Part shown: positions 27,779 through 38,334 of the stretch, in pieces | Layout of the letters: the number at the start of each line of letters is the position of its first letter | How positions within the stretch are numbered: position 1 is the stretch's first letter | Assembly: GCA_964016885.1 (NCBI GenBank) | Contig: OZ024743.1 | Span: 191,766,001 to 191,830,000, forward strand | DNA: 64,000 bases | From: Eledone cirrhosa | Taxonomy: Eukaryota | Reading direction: 5' to 3' | Position numbers and translations under genes: made by a program | Notes under the pieces: generated by a model | What the model saw: only the letters and a program-made list of their open reading frames with translations | What the model was told of the DNA's origin: nothing | Databases searched by the model: none

Positions 27779-30399
27779 TTCCAATCAGTTCCGCCTGTTT
27801 TGCAGGAGGGAATTAGAAAATGCATATTTCTGCATGCAATTTTAAAACCACACAACACGTATTTTGAATATTAGCAAAGCGATTTCTAGCAAATGGAATT
27901 CATTTTATGGCCATTTGGAAGAAATATTGCTGTGAGGTTTTTCCTTTTTGCTTGTTTATTTTGTTAGATTCTTTATTTTGTATTAGATCATTATTGCTTC
28001 AGTTAGTTTTGCTATAAAACTGTTTTAGTTGGCTAGATTTCCTTTTAGATTTATTGGACGGTTGTTCCCCTACCACCTTTGCTTTCATCTCTTTATGCCA
28101 TTGCATTTAGTTGGCCCAGTACACCAGCCTGATAAGAGCAGTAAAAATGTTAATCCCTCTACAGCTCTGAGGTACTTAACTGCAAATTTTGGACGTTAAT
28201 CTGATGGATATGTTTCTGTCTATCTAGGATAAAATTTCTAATTGAGCAGATGCCTATTCCCTATAGCTAAACTATGAAATGTAATTATTCGATGAACAAC
28301 GATATTCCACAATGGATTTGAACTCAATACCTTTGAGGTAGTAGTCAAATACCATAACATTTTCAACTACTTTGCATCTCTTATAATCGGTATATATACA
28401 CACCCTAAATTAGTCTCAATATACCGTAGTAGTCAATATGAATACTGTTTTGTTAAACAAGTCTTTCATCCAAATGCTTTTAACGTGTTCCGTATGAGCT
28501 GTTAGAAATGACAGAAATTGATTTTTGTGTAGACTATACCTGTATATTCAGTAAAGCTTTCATCAATAGGATCACCAAGAGAAAATTATGATTCAATGAT
28601 TGATCCATATCCCGTTTTTTATTTATTTTTGTTTGTTATTTACTCAATTCTCATTCGATTTGCTTGTAAATTTGTGATTAACAATCCCAAGATAATAAAA
28701 TAATAATTTTGTCCAAGCACAATGCTTCACATGTACAAAACAGAAGAAATGAGATTTATATCTGGAGAGCTCATTTACAATAATAAGGAAACATAAAATA
28801 TAAAATAGAAGAGATCGTCTGTGATCAGACCTGGAGAGGAATGGGCTCAGCCAGGTTTTAAATGACCAAGCATGACACTAAGGTGCGTTTACGACTCTAC
28901 TTGGTGTTACGTGAGTTATATAGCAATACATGCGCACAGTTTATTTGTCAGTCAAATAGCCAAAAAGCTATGTTTTTTTCTTGAATGTAATCTAGTGTCT
29001 GCTAGTACCGTTCCGTAACCTCTCTGCTATTCTGATCAAGTAGGACTGAATGAAATAGGCAATGGGTCAAACCAGTGAGTGTGATACACGTATGTTTCAC
29101 TCTAGATATATTATTCATCTGCCTTATCGAGTGTGATGCGGGAATCTGGGCAAGGTAGATAGCGCCAGCAACCACCTTTAAAATTCATAGGTAAAGGCTT
29201 TCAAATGTAAAAATATTGTATATCATTCGATATACAAACTTTACATACATGTATGCATACAGCTATGCCGTAGCGAACACCTTAATTCTGTTTCTTCTTC
29301 AGGCTGAACCAGCCTAAAAGCTACGTATGCAAATGAGGCTAATAAGCCTATATACATAGGCGTTAAGACTATGTTTGCGGCTTATTAAAATAAGCCGCAA
29401 ACATATAGTTTGAGGCGAGGTAAGAGTGCGTAAACTTCACAGCAGCCACACAGCCAGAAACAGCTGTCAGTTGCTTTCCCCTACTTGCTTCTGCTGGAAT
29501 AAGATAAGTGGACCCAGCCAACACCTTTAAAATAAATAGCTAAAGGCATATCAAATATTATTCAATATACAAACTTTACATGCATGTGTGTATGCAGCTG
29601 TGTTGGAGCGACACCTTAATTCTATTTCTTATATATATATATGTGTGTGGTTTTAGCGAGTGCGTGTTGTATAGTGTGCGGGTGTATATATAACAATACA
29701 CACATGTGGGGGGGGGGTCAGCCTGTCTGTCACAGGTCCCTTTGTGGTGGGAAATTAAAAAAAAAACAGAGCATCAGAGTATCAGTGATGGCTCTCAAAC
29801 AGGAACTTCTGGAAAATATGTGAATAAGTAATTTGTTCTCTCTTATTTTGTGGTGTGTGGGGGTGATTACATATTTAATTTGGCGTTAAATGTGTTAATA
29901 AATAGTTTTTCTTTATTTATTCTTTGCTGTTGAGTGAAGAAAAAAAAGAAAAACAGACCCTAAAATATATTTTCCGTGCTATTTCCAACTTCACCTTTTC
30001 CCTATATCCACTGTTTTGTATAGAACCTTACTTCCCTTTTCTAATATATATATATATATATACAGAGGTATCCACAGTAAGTTGTGGGGTCTATTCTGCA
30101 TGAAGAACTCGATGTAATCCATATGTTGAAAATTTTGTAGGTTAAGATAAATCCCGGAAAACAATTAAACATTAAAAGGAAAACAGAGTCATGATATAAG
30201 TTAAAACAATGAAATAAAATATCAAGTCATTAGAGATATACTTCACTGCTTTACGATCGTTCCTAGGTGATGATAATACATTGTAGCTATACTCAGTAAT
30301 TGATCTATGTAAGGTTAGTTACAAAATATCAGATAAAGAGAATATTTACTTACATGCATATCACCAGCTGTTTTCAAAACAGCTGGTGATATGCATGTG

Positions 30400-30462
30400 T
30401 GTGGATGGGATGAGAACGTGTCAAATCCGGAGGCGGTATAGGGTGAAGTGTGAGTGTTGTTG

Positions 30463-30548
<86 letters not shown>

Positions 30549-33161
30549 TGTCTGTGTGTGTGTGTCTGTGTCTGTGTGTGTGTGTGTGTATGGCATCGTG
30601 AGGTAAAGACCAGGACGGAGCGAGAAAAAATGGAATAGAGGAAGTGAAATGGCAGTGTAGCGCGCGCAGCCGGAAGGAGTGGTCAAGTCGAAAGAGTGGA
30701 AGAAGAGGGTGTTGACAGCAGGACATGTTTGTGAGAGGGAAGGGAGGAGGTAGTGCCCACAAAACAAAACAAGGAGGGAGAGAGCGATTGTGGCTACTAT
30801 GTGAGTGAGGGTTAGTTGGCTGTGTGTATACAGGCAGGTGTGTGTGGACAGAGGATGAGAGTAGCGTGTATATATGCATGTGTGTATGGAGGCATGTGTT
30901 TGTGTGTGTATAAAGCGTAGTGGTCATGCGAGGAGATATCGTCGGTGTGTGTGTGATAGACGCTGTGTATCGTTTTTTTTAATGGCTACATACACGTATG
31001 TAAGTGAATATACTGGTGTGTTTCAGGGTGTATGTGTGCGTGTGTGTGTTTCAGGGTGTGTGTGTGTGTGTGTTTCAGGGTGTAAGAGTGTGTGTCGTGT
31101 TTCAGGGTGCAAATGTGTGTCTGTGTGTGTGTGTTTCAGGGTGTGTGTGTGTGTGTGTTTCAGGGTGTAAATGTGTGTGTGAGGGCGTAAGTGTGTGTGT
31201 GTGTGTGTTTCAGGATGTAAGTGTGTGTGTGTGTGTGTGTTTCAGGGTGTAAGTGTGTGTGTGTGGTGTGTTTCAGGGTGTAAGTGTGTGTGTGTGTGGT
31301 GTGTGTTTCAGGGTGTAAGTGTGTGTGTGTGTTTCAGGGTGTAAGTGTGTGTGTGTGTGCTGTGTTTCAGGGTATAAGTGTGTGTGTGTGTGTGTGTGTG
31401 GTGTGTTTCAGGGTGTAAGTGCGTGATTGTTTTTGTAGTGTACGGAGGGAAATAACTAAACCAAGGTTGGGGTTCGAGACGTGCAGGGAGGAGTTAGTGA
31501 ATTAGAGGGGGACGGGTGGGAGAGAAAGAGGGGTGTTTGGATCTTTGAAATTAGTGCAGTTAGTGGTAGGTGGGGGTTATTAGTAGGTCAGTGTGGAGGT
31601 GAAGGAATACAGGAAGGTGCGAGTGGGTGGTGATGTGGGGCAGAGGGTAGTGTGTTAGTGAAGGGGTGGGTCAGTGGGTAGACGGTATGATGAGGGCAAA
31701 GGGTGTGTGTACGTTGTTGAGTGTGGATATGCGGAGTAGTGTAGTGGTGGTAGGTGTGGGTGGGAGGTTGAAGACAAGCGGAAGTGGAGTAGGTAGGTTT
31801 GTGAAGTTAGTGGTAGGTAGGGGTGGGCGTGGTCGGTGGTGGATTAGTGGTATCAGTCGTGAGGGGGCTAAAGGAAGAAAGTGTGGGGTTCAAACAGTTG
31901 GTGGTCCATGTCTGAATTCAGAAAATCGTCTGTTGCTCGGCGCTCAGTCGAGCATCTCGGGTTCCGGAGCACGCAATCAGGCTGCTGACGGTCATGTTGC
32001 GAGCGGAATGACCGGCTGAGCAGAAGTGTAGGGCGATGGGGGAACGCGTGCCGAGGCGGATGTCGTGGAGGTGCTCAGCGAACCGATCGGCCAAACGGCG
32101 GCCCGTCTGTCCGACATCAGTCGCACTGCACTGGGTGCAGCGGAGTCCGTAGATGAGGCTGGAGGAGGTGCAGCGAAAGGAGTGCCGGACAAGGAGGGAG
32201 TGGCCGTTGGGCCCCTGGAAGGTAGTGGTGTAAGTGATATGGGGGCATGTGTGGCAGCGGAATTGGGAGCAGGGGAGGGACACGGGGGAGGAAGAGTGGC
32301 TAAGAGGTAGGGAGCTACGGACGAGGAGGTTCCAGTGGTTGCGTGCGTGCTTGAAGGGGGGGGAGGGTTCGAGTCGGAAGACGAGGGATGTGGAGGAGTC
32401 TGACTGGAGGCGACGGAAGGGGCGTAGGAGAGTCCGTTGGGGGTAGGGTGGCAGGGTTGTAGGTGAGAAGGAAAGGCAGATGCTGGGTGTGGGGGCGAGG
32501 GTGTGGGGTGACGGTAGTGGTGCCGTGGACGGCGCAGGCGCGAGTGTAACAGCGTGGATAAGGGAGGAGGGGTAACCTCTCCGGGCGAAATGACGGACCA
32601 GAGAAAGGGTCTGGGTTTCAAAGAAGTTGGTAGTAGAGAATGGAGTGTTTGGTGGAAGTGGGATGGAGGGAGGTAAAATCGAGGTAGGAGTACGAGCAAG
32701 TACGTTTGAAGAAGGCGGAGGTGATGAGTGAGCGGTGGGAGAGGTCAATGGTGACGAAGATGTCCAAGAAGTGGTGGAGATGGAGGTGGTGAGTGAAGTT
32801 GAGGGAGGGATGGAAGGAGCAAAGGAATGAGAGAAAAGAGTCGAGATGCTCCTGGGTGAGAGTCGTGGCACCGATGCAGTCATCAATATAATGCCCGTAT
32901 AGTTCGGGAGTGGGGCTAGTGTATTGGGCAAAAATCTAGGCCTCAATGTGGCCAACGAATAGGTTGGTGTAGTGGGGCCCATTATTGTACCCATGGCTAC
33001 CCCGGTGACTTGCTGATAAAATTTACCCTAGAAGGAGAAGCAGTTGAGGGTGTGAACTAGCTCGGCGAGACGAAGGGGAGTGGAGGTGGAGGGGACGGGG
33101 AGGGACGATGGTCAATGTAGTGTTGGAGGGCGCGTAGGCCGTCAGTGTAGTGGATGGACGG
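30400..33161 (-). mobile_element. Degenerate GC-rich Penelope-like element (RT motifs at about 32850-33060, GIY-YIG to about 31900) with microsatellite-rich 3' region
   Basis: QVTGVAMGTIMGP, HYIDDC, ARRGYP, CSQFRCHTC, LIYGLRCTQC..VGQTGRRLADRFAEH; frameshifts; 5' end abuts TA at 33162. Left boundary uncertain. Confidence 0.85.
31015..31422. repeat. Minisatellite GTTTCAGGGTGT(AA)(GT)n, about 13 units
   Basis: Direct read. Confidence 0.9.
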
Positions 33162-33180
33162 TATATATTTATATATATAC

Positions 33181-33604
33181 AAATGAAAGTACAGCATAAT
33201 CGAAGCTCTGGCTGCAGCTAAGCTAACGAATGCAATCGGAATGTGCAGCTAAGCACTCAATAAGGTATTTTACCTTAGAGTGATGACATTACGTTTAGAC
33301 AGCTTTGCAAATTGAAGACAGCGACCAATAAGCCAGCCGCAGTGAGCAAAGCAACGAGAAAACTGACTCAGGAAAATATGACAAACGCGATCGTCCAGGT
33401 TTGTCATATTTTCCTGAGTCAGTTTTCTCGTTGCTTTGGTCACTGCGGCTGGCTTATTGGTCGCTGTCTTCAATTTGCAAAGCTGTCTAAACGTAATGTC
33501 ATCACTCTAAGGTAAAATACCTTATTGAGTGCTTAGCTGCACATTCCGATTGCATTCGTTAGCTTAGCTGCAGCCAGAGCTTCGATTATGCTGTACTTCC
33601 ATTT
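33181..33604. repeat. Fold-back element: 206-bp inverted arms, 12-nt spacer, in (TA)n
   Basis: 33181-33386 is the reverse complement of 33399-33604, with 2 mismatches seen. Confidence 0.95.
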
Positions 33605-34733
33605 ATATATATATATATATACAAATGGAATTTGTATATATATATATATATATATTTCCTCTTGTGACTTACGCATGTGCGTTTACTAACTTCTGCGTCA
33701 CTCACAAAATTGGTTACAGAGCAAAATTACCTGTTGATAACGTGATATTCCTTATTCGATCTTTATGCTGAAAGCTTATAGTTTTAAGCAGACAGTATTA
33801 TTGATTTAGGTGTCATAGAAACCCTACATTTGGATTTTACCACCAATTCCATTTGGCTCCAGGTCGGTTTTTATCATTTATTTTGTTTGACCTGTTTAGC
33901 TTGATTTGTTTTTTGGCTTAGGTGGTTAATGCCTTCTTAATTTAATATGGATTACCTTCGTGAAGATGAAAATATTAAGTCTTACTTCTCATGTTTGCAA
34001 ATATGATTTTATATATTAAATATACTTTAATATTAATCTAGATATCTATAAACCTTTATAGCCTGAAATATTATACATTTTGATTAATTCATTATTCTGA
34101 ACTAACATAAATAAATGATTTGAAATTTAGCGTTCAGCCGGATACGTTTGGATATATATAGTGTATATAATTAATTGTTAGTATATTTCTAATTAACTAA
34201 GAACTCGAAATTTACACCCAGATATATTTAATATTTAGATTGATGGATACCTCTAGATAATTCAATAATTCAAAAATTCGAGTTTACTCCTTCACAAAGC
34301 TATGCCTAAATGAATATTCATGTGTTTGTATAGATATATATAATTTTTGCATTATCTAATCACACCCTATTCATCCACGACAATACAAACCTCCCTCCCT
34401 GTGCTTTATACTATAAAAACTATTACTCCTTGTCTCTCTATCCTTGATCAATTCTCTTTTGCTTTCTATACTTCTAGTAACTATATTTTCTCCTCATCTG
34501 TTTCTCTCTGTCTTTCTTCTTTCTTCAATAATTTAAATTATTTGAATCTCTAACAGTTATGTAAATTGCTATTATGTATTTTTAAGCTTTCTCACACGCA
34601 CCCTCTGTATTATATGTAAATTTTTTCATGTCTCAATCTTAAGGTATATAAATATTGAGTGTTGTCATATCTTATTCACTACCGTGACTGAATCTTAACC
34701 ATCTACTATGTCAGCGTATGTCATGCATCATCT

Positions 34734-34800
34734 TATTTTATCTGAGGACGACGTACTGTTGAAGTTAGCTCAGTACCTCTGAAATATGTATAATAAAATA
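34734..34800 (+). ncRNA. Probable minimal hammerhead ribozyme at the 3' end of an AT-rich insert (33657-34823) bounded by (TA)n
   Basis: TATTTTAT-CTGAGGA-cgacGTACTG(ttgaagttagct)CAGTACctct-GAAATATGTATA^ATAAAATA. Confidence 0.65.
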
Positions 34801-34820
34801 TACTTGATCACACGATCATA

Positions 34821-34868
<48 letters not shown>

Positions 34869-35864
34869 TAAAATAACGGATTAAAGTTTAAGCAAAGAAT
34901 CGCTGCTTTCACACTTAACGGGATCTTCTGAAACTAACAAAGTCAATCTGTAAACGCAGACCTGGATATTTCAAAAAACGTTGCAACCGGAGGAAGACAG
35001 AAAGACGATACTTTGGTTCGTGGTAACGTTCGCTGGCAAAGAACGGGAAAAAACGAATAATACGTCATTAATAGGAGCGGTGAAAAACAATTACGCGCAA
35101 AGACAGAACCACGTTTATGGTATAAAAGAGGTCGTAGACTAATGTTCTCTTAGGTGGTGCATAGAGACGTTCTCTGGCAATGAACGAAAAAACGAAGATA
35201 ATAAGTCATATGTGGAGCGTAGAGAACAATAGTACGCAAAGACAAAACCACGTAAATGGTATAGCAGAAGTCGTAGACTAAATTCTAACTAGGAGACCAA
35301 ATGAATCTCCGCTACAGAGTTAAGAACAAAGTAAATAAATACAATACAGAAGTAATAGAAACAAATAAATACATACACGCAAACAGATACGTACATACAC
35401 AAGCATACGCAAAACTTTACCATAGGTATACAAAACCACGCACATATAAATATGTGTGTGTGTGTATGCTTGTGTACAAATAAATAAATAATTATATAAA
35501 CGTATATAAGTAAATAAATACGTATATAACAAGCGCACACGCATACCTACATATAAATACACGAATGCTCGGAGACGTAAGTCAACTAAAACAAGAAGTA
35601 CACATATACACACACCCACCATACGTACGAACCTGCATACTCACGCAGACGCAAAACTCCCGTATACACATAGCCAAACCCTAAATACCAGAATATGTAA
35701 AAATTATACGCCATAACAGTCAAATATACGTACGAGAAGGTATACATACCTTCACAAAACATACGGGTTATATATACTTACCTATGCAAATAAGTAAAGG
35801 AATAAACAAACAAATACTTAGCTCCCACATCAAGACGTAAAATATCCACGTATAGATCGTGCTA

Positions 35865-37991
35865 TCAGTTAGGGTATAACGTGGGGCTGTAATACAGGAA
35901 AGTTTTGTGCAATTTATGTTTACAAGCCGAAATTGCCTCAGATTTTTTGTTTAAGATGTGGTCTGTGGCGTAGAGTATTTCCAGGGCCTCAGCGGCGCAG
36001 AGGTCACATGGTCTTTTATTTCCGTTATACGATCTAGCCCTAGCTAGGATCTCCCAGTGTAACTTATATTTGGTGTGGTTGTCTTTTAGACTCCAGATAT
36101 AAGCTGAAAGTGACGTCATATTCCTTCTTAGAGGGTAACGAAAAGAATGGGTATGCATGTAAAGACGCTGCTTGAAACTATTGGCGGTTAACCCTATGTA
36201 GGCCCTACGGGACGTGGGTGTTACAACCTTACATTTGTAGACAATGTTACTAGAGAGGCATTTCCCGGATAGGGGGAAATCAGCCCGATTCCTACAATTA
36301 CAGTTAGTACTAACTACAGGGTTGCACGTGTTCCTACGGCTAGGTAGTTTAGCTAAATTTGAAGCTGTGATGTTATGTGCAAGGTTAGGAGTCGTAGAGT
36401 AAGAGATTTTAATAGTATTTCTATTAAAAATGTTACTATCTTTATGTGTAGGGGGAAAATGTTTCGTAATAAGGGAAAGAAAGATCTTAGCTAATGGTGT
36501 GGCCACCTCCATATTATATGGTGGGTTAAACCAACAAATGCGACGGGATCTATTTCTTCTAGGTCTATTTTCGTACTCTGTATATACTACCTTATCGACA
36601 AATCCACTTCGAGCAAGAGCTTCATTGAAATAAGTGGAATGGTCGTTGAAAATGCGCTCGTTGGTGGAAAGACGGGAAAGCCTCAACGAAACGTTTCTTA
36701 CCAGGTTCTTGGTTATGCTGGCAGGATGGTTGGAATGCTTACTTATGTAATTAAGCGTATCATTCGGCTTTCTATACGGGTAATACAACCCATTCAATAA
36801 ATTGAGGGTAACGTCGAGGTAATTAACGACCGAGAGATTGGCCTCAACCTGTATAGAGAGGTTGAAGCCTTTAAAGAAGGCTGTGAGTTCTTTTCTGAAC
36901 CTGTCGCAAGCACGAGGTCCGCACTTAGTCATGGTCAAAAGACCATCGTCACGGTACAAACCACCGCCTGCGTTGGGGAGTTCGTCCTTGATAGAGAAAA
37001 GAAGGAAAAGGCCAATAAGATCAGTAACCTCCGCAGAGTCACTGGCGCCCATACTCACGTCGAATGGGGTACTATTGGATTTTTTAATCCAAATAGAGTC
37101 GTCGAAATTAATCACCAACTTTCGGGCATTAAGAATGACATCAACTTCAAAATCCTTAACCACTGTGAGTGTTTTAGCGAAATTGATAGCTCTAAGGAGA
37201 AGTGGTAAAGTGATGGAGGAGTAGTAATTGTTGATGTCGAATTGGATAAAACGGCAATGTTCCTTGTTACATATGCCGTTGAACCAATCAATCACCGCGA
37301 AAGAATTGTTCCACAGTGCGAGAGGGGCCAAACTTCTAATTTCAGGTATAATTCTATCAAGAATCGTTTTACTAAGTCTACCTAAATCGGACTTCGTAGG
37401 GTTAATAAGCCGAATAGAGGGGTTGTTCGGAAAATTGGATTTGTGATCCTTCAGGGTAAAGTGGGGAGAGATAGGGTCCAGAGGTTCGGTCCGGTCCAGG
37501 ATGTTGAGATCGGATGTGATTTTAAACCCAGCATCGTTGATTTCATTGATGACGCACCGATTAGTTTTACGGTAATCCTTAGTTACAGCATTATGTAGTA
37601 GTTGATGGTAAGTACTGCGCTCCACTTGATATAGGTTGCCAGTTTTGTCGGAATGGACGTGCACGGCGTTAGAATCCTTAATAGAACGAGTTCTATTCTT
37701 CAGGTCTTGCTGGAAGGAATTGCTCCTATTCCGAAATTTGATATTCCGAATGAGTTCCAAAACATCATTTTCGAAGGGTAGCAATGCTGGGTTCCACGGA
37801 GGGTTATTATAAGTTTTAAATCCAAATTTATCCTGTTTGTTGTCTGCTTTTCGCGGATTATCGAAATAAAAGGCACGCCAACGCAACCTTTTAATGAACG
37901 CGTCTGTTTTCTGTATCAGGAGTTTTAGGTATGTTTTCCTGCTTGGTACGGGTATGTTCTTTGTAGAAATATTCAGATGTTGTTTCTGCAT
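35865..37991 (-). CDS. PLE reverse transcriptase plus C-terminal GIY-YIG endonuclease, 708 aa
   Basis: STKNIPVPS..KRLRWRA N-terminus, DKTGN, RLINP, QFDINNYY, MGASDSAE, LYRDDGL, NYLDV, CNC..PLSGKC, IVYKC..YIGLT, CDLC, NKKSE. Confidence 0.93.
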   Translation of the reverse strand: MQKQHLNISTKNIPVPSRKTYLKLLIQKTDAFIKRLRWRAFYFDNPRKADNKQDKFGFKTYNNPPWNPALLPFENDVLELIRNIKFRNRSNSFQQDLKNRTRSIKDSNAVHVHSDKTGNLYQVERSTYHQLLHNAVTKDYRKTNRCVINEINDAGFKITSDLNILDRTEPLDPISPHFTLKDHKSNFPNNPSIRLINPTKSDLGRLSKTILDRIIPEIRSLAPLALWNNSFAVIDWFNGICNKEHCRFIQFDINNYYSSITLPLLLRAINFAKTLTVVKDFEVDVILNARKLVINFDDSIWIKKSNSTPFDVSMGASDSAEVTDLIGLFLLFSIKDELPNAGGGLYRDDGLLTMTKCGPRACDRFRKELTAFFKGFNLSIQVEANLSVVNYLDVTLNLLNGLYYPYRKPNDTLNYISKHSNHPASITKNLVRNVSLRLSRLSTNERIFNDHSTYFNEALARSGFVDKVVYTEYENRPRRNRSRRICWFNPPYNMEVATPLAKIFLSLITKHFPPTHKDSNIFNRNTIKISYSTTPNLAHNITASNLAKLPSRRNTCNPVVSTNCNCRNRADFPLSGKCLSSNIVYKCKVVTPTSRRAYIGLTANSFKQRLYMHTHSFRYPLRRNMTSLSAYIWSLKDNHTKYKLHWEILARARSYNGNKRPCDLCAAEALEILYATDHILNKKSEAISACKHKLHKTFLYYSPTLYPN

Positions 37992-38144
37992 GATGAATAT
38001 AAGTCAGTAGAGTGCTCAACCGAAGGAGCCAAATAGTAATAATAATAAAATTGAAGACTAAAATCCAAAGAGGGCTCGATAAGGAAAATATATATCAAAT
38101 ATATAAGAACCGTAGAGCAAATATTTATTAAAATAACAGATTAA

Positions 38145-38195
38145 AGTTTAAGCAAAGAATCGCTGCTTTCACCCTTAACGGGATCTTCTGAAACT
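38145..38195 (-). ncRNA. Hammerhead-like motif with variant core in the pLTR (second copy 34885-34935)
   Basis: Minus strand: AGTTT-CAGAAGA-tCCC(gttaa)GGGt-GAAAGCAG(cgattct)TTGCTT^AAACT, with distal CAGATT/AATCTG pairing. Confidence 0.6.
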
Positions 38196-38334
38196 AACAA
38201 AGTCAATCTGTAAACGCAGAACTGGATATTTCAAAAAACGTTGCAACCGGAGGAAGACAGGAAGACGATACTTTGGTTCGTGGTAACGTTCGCTGGCAAA
38301 GAACGGGAAAAAAAAAAATATATATATATATATA

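Larger units (their letters stand above)
34861..38313 (-). mobile_element. Apparently complete Naiad-type Penelope-like element with direct pLTRs (34861-35053 and 38121-38313) in (TA)n
   Basis: About 190-bp direct terminal repeat, intact ORF, HHR-like motif in each repeat, (TA)n on both sides. Confidence 0.9.

Noticed and set aside
27647-27874. His-rich ORF
   Set aside because: Translation of a (CAT)n microsatellite.
33270-33515. Mirror-image 67-aa ORFs
   Set aside because: A by-product of the palindrome; no ATG start or motif.
35026-37991. Selenoprotein/SECIS recoding reported for some Naiads
   Set aside because: The ORF has no in-frame TGA and no convincing SECIS was seen.
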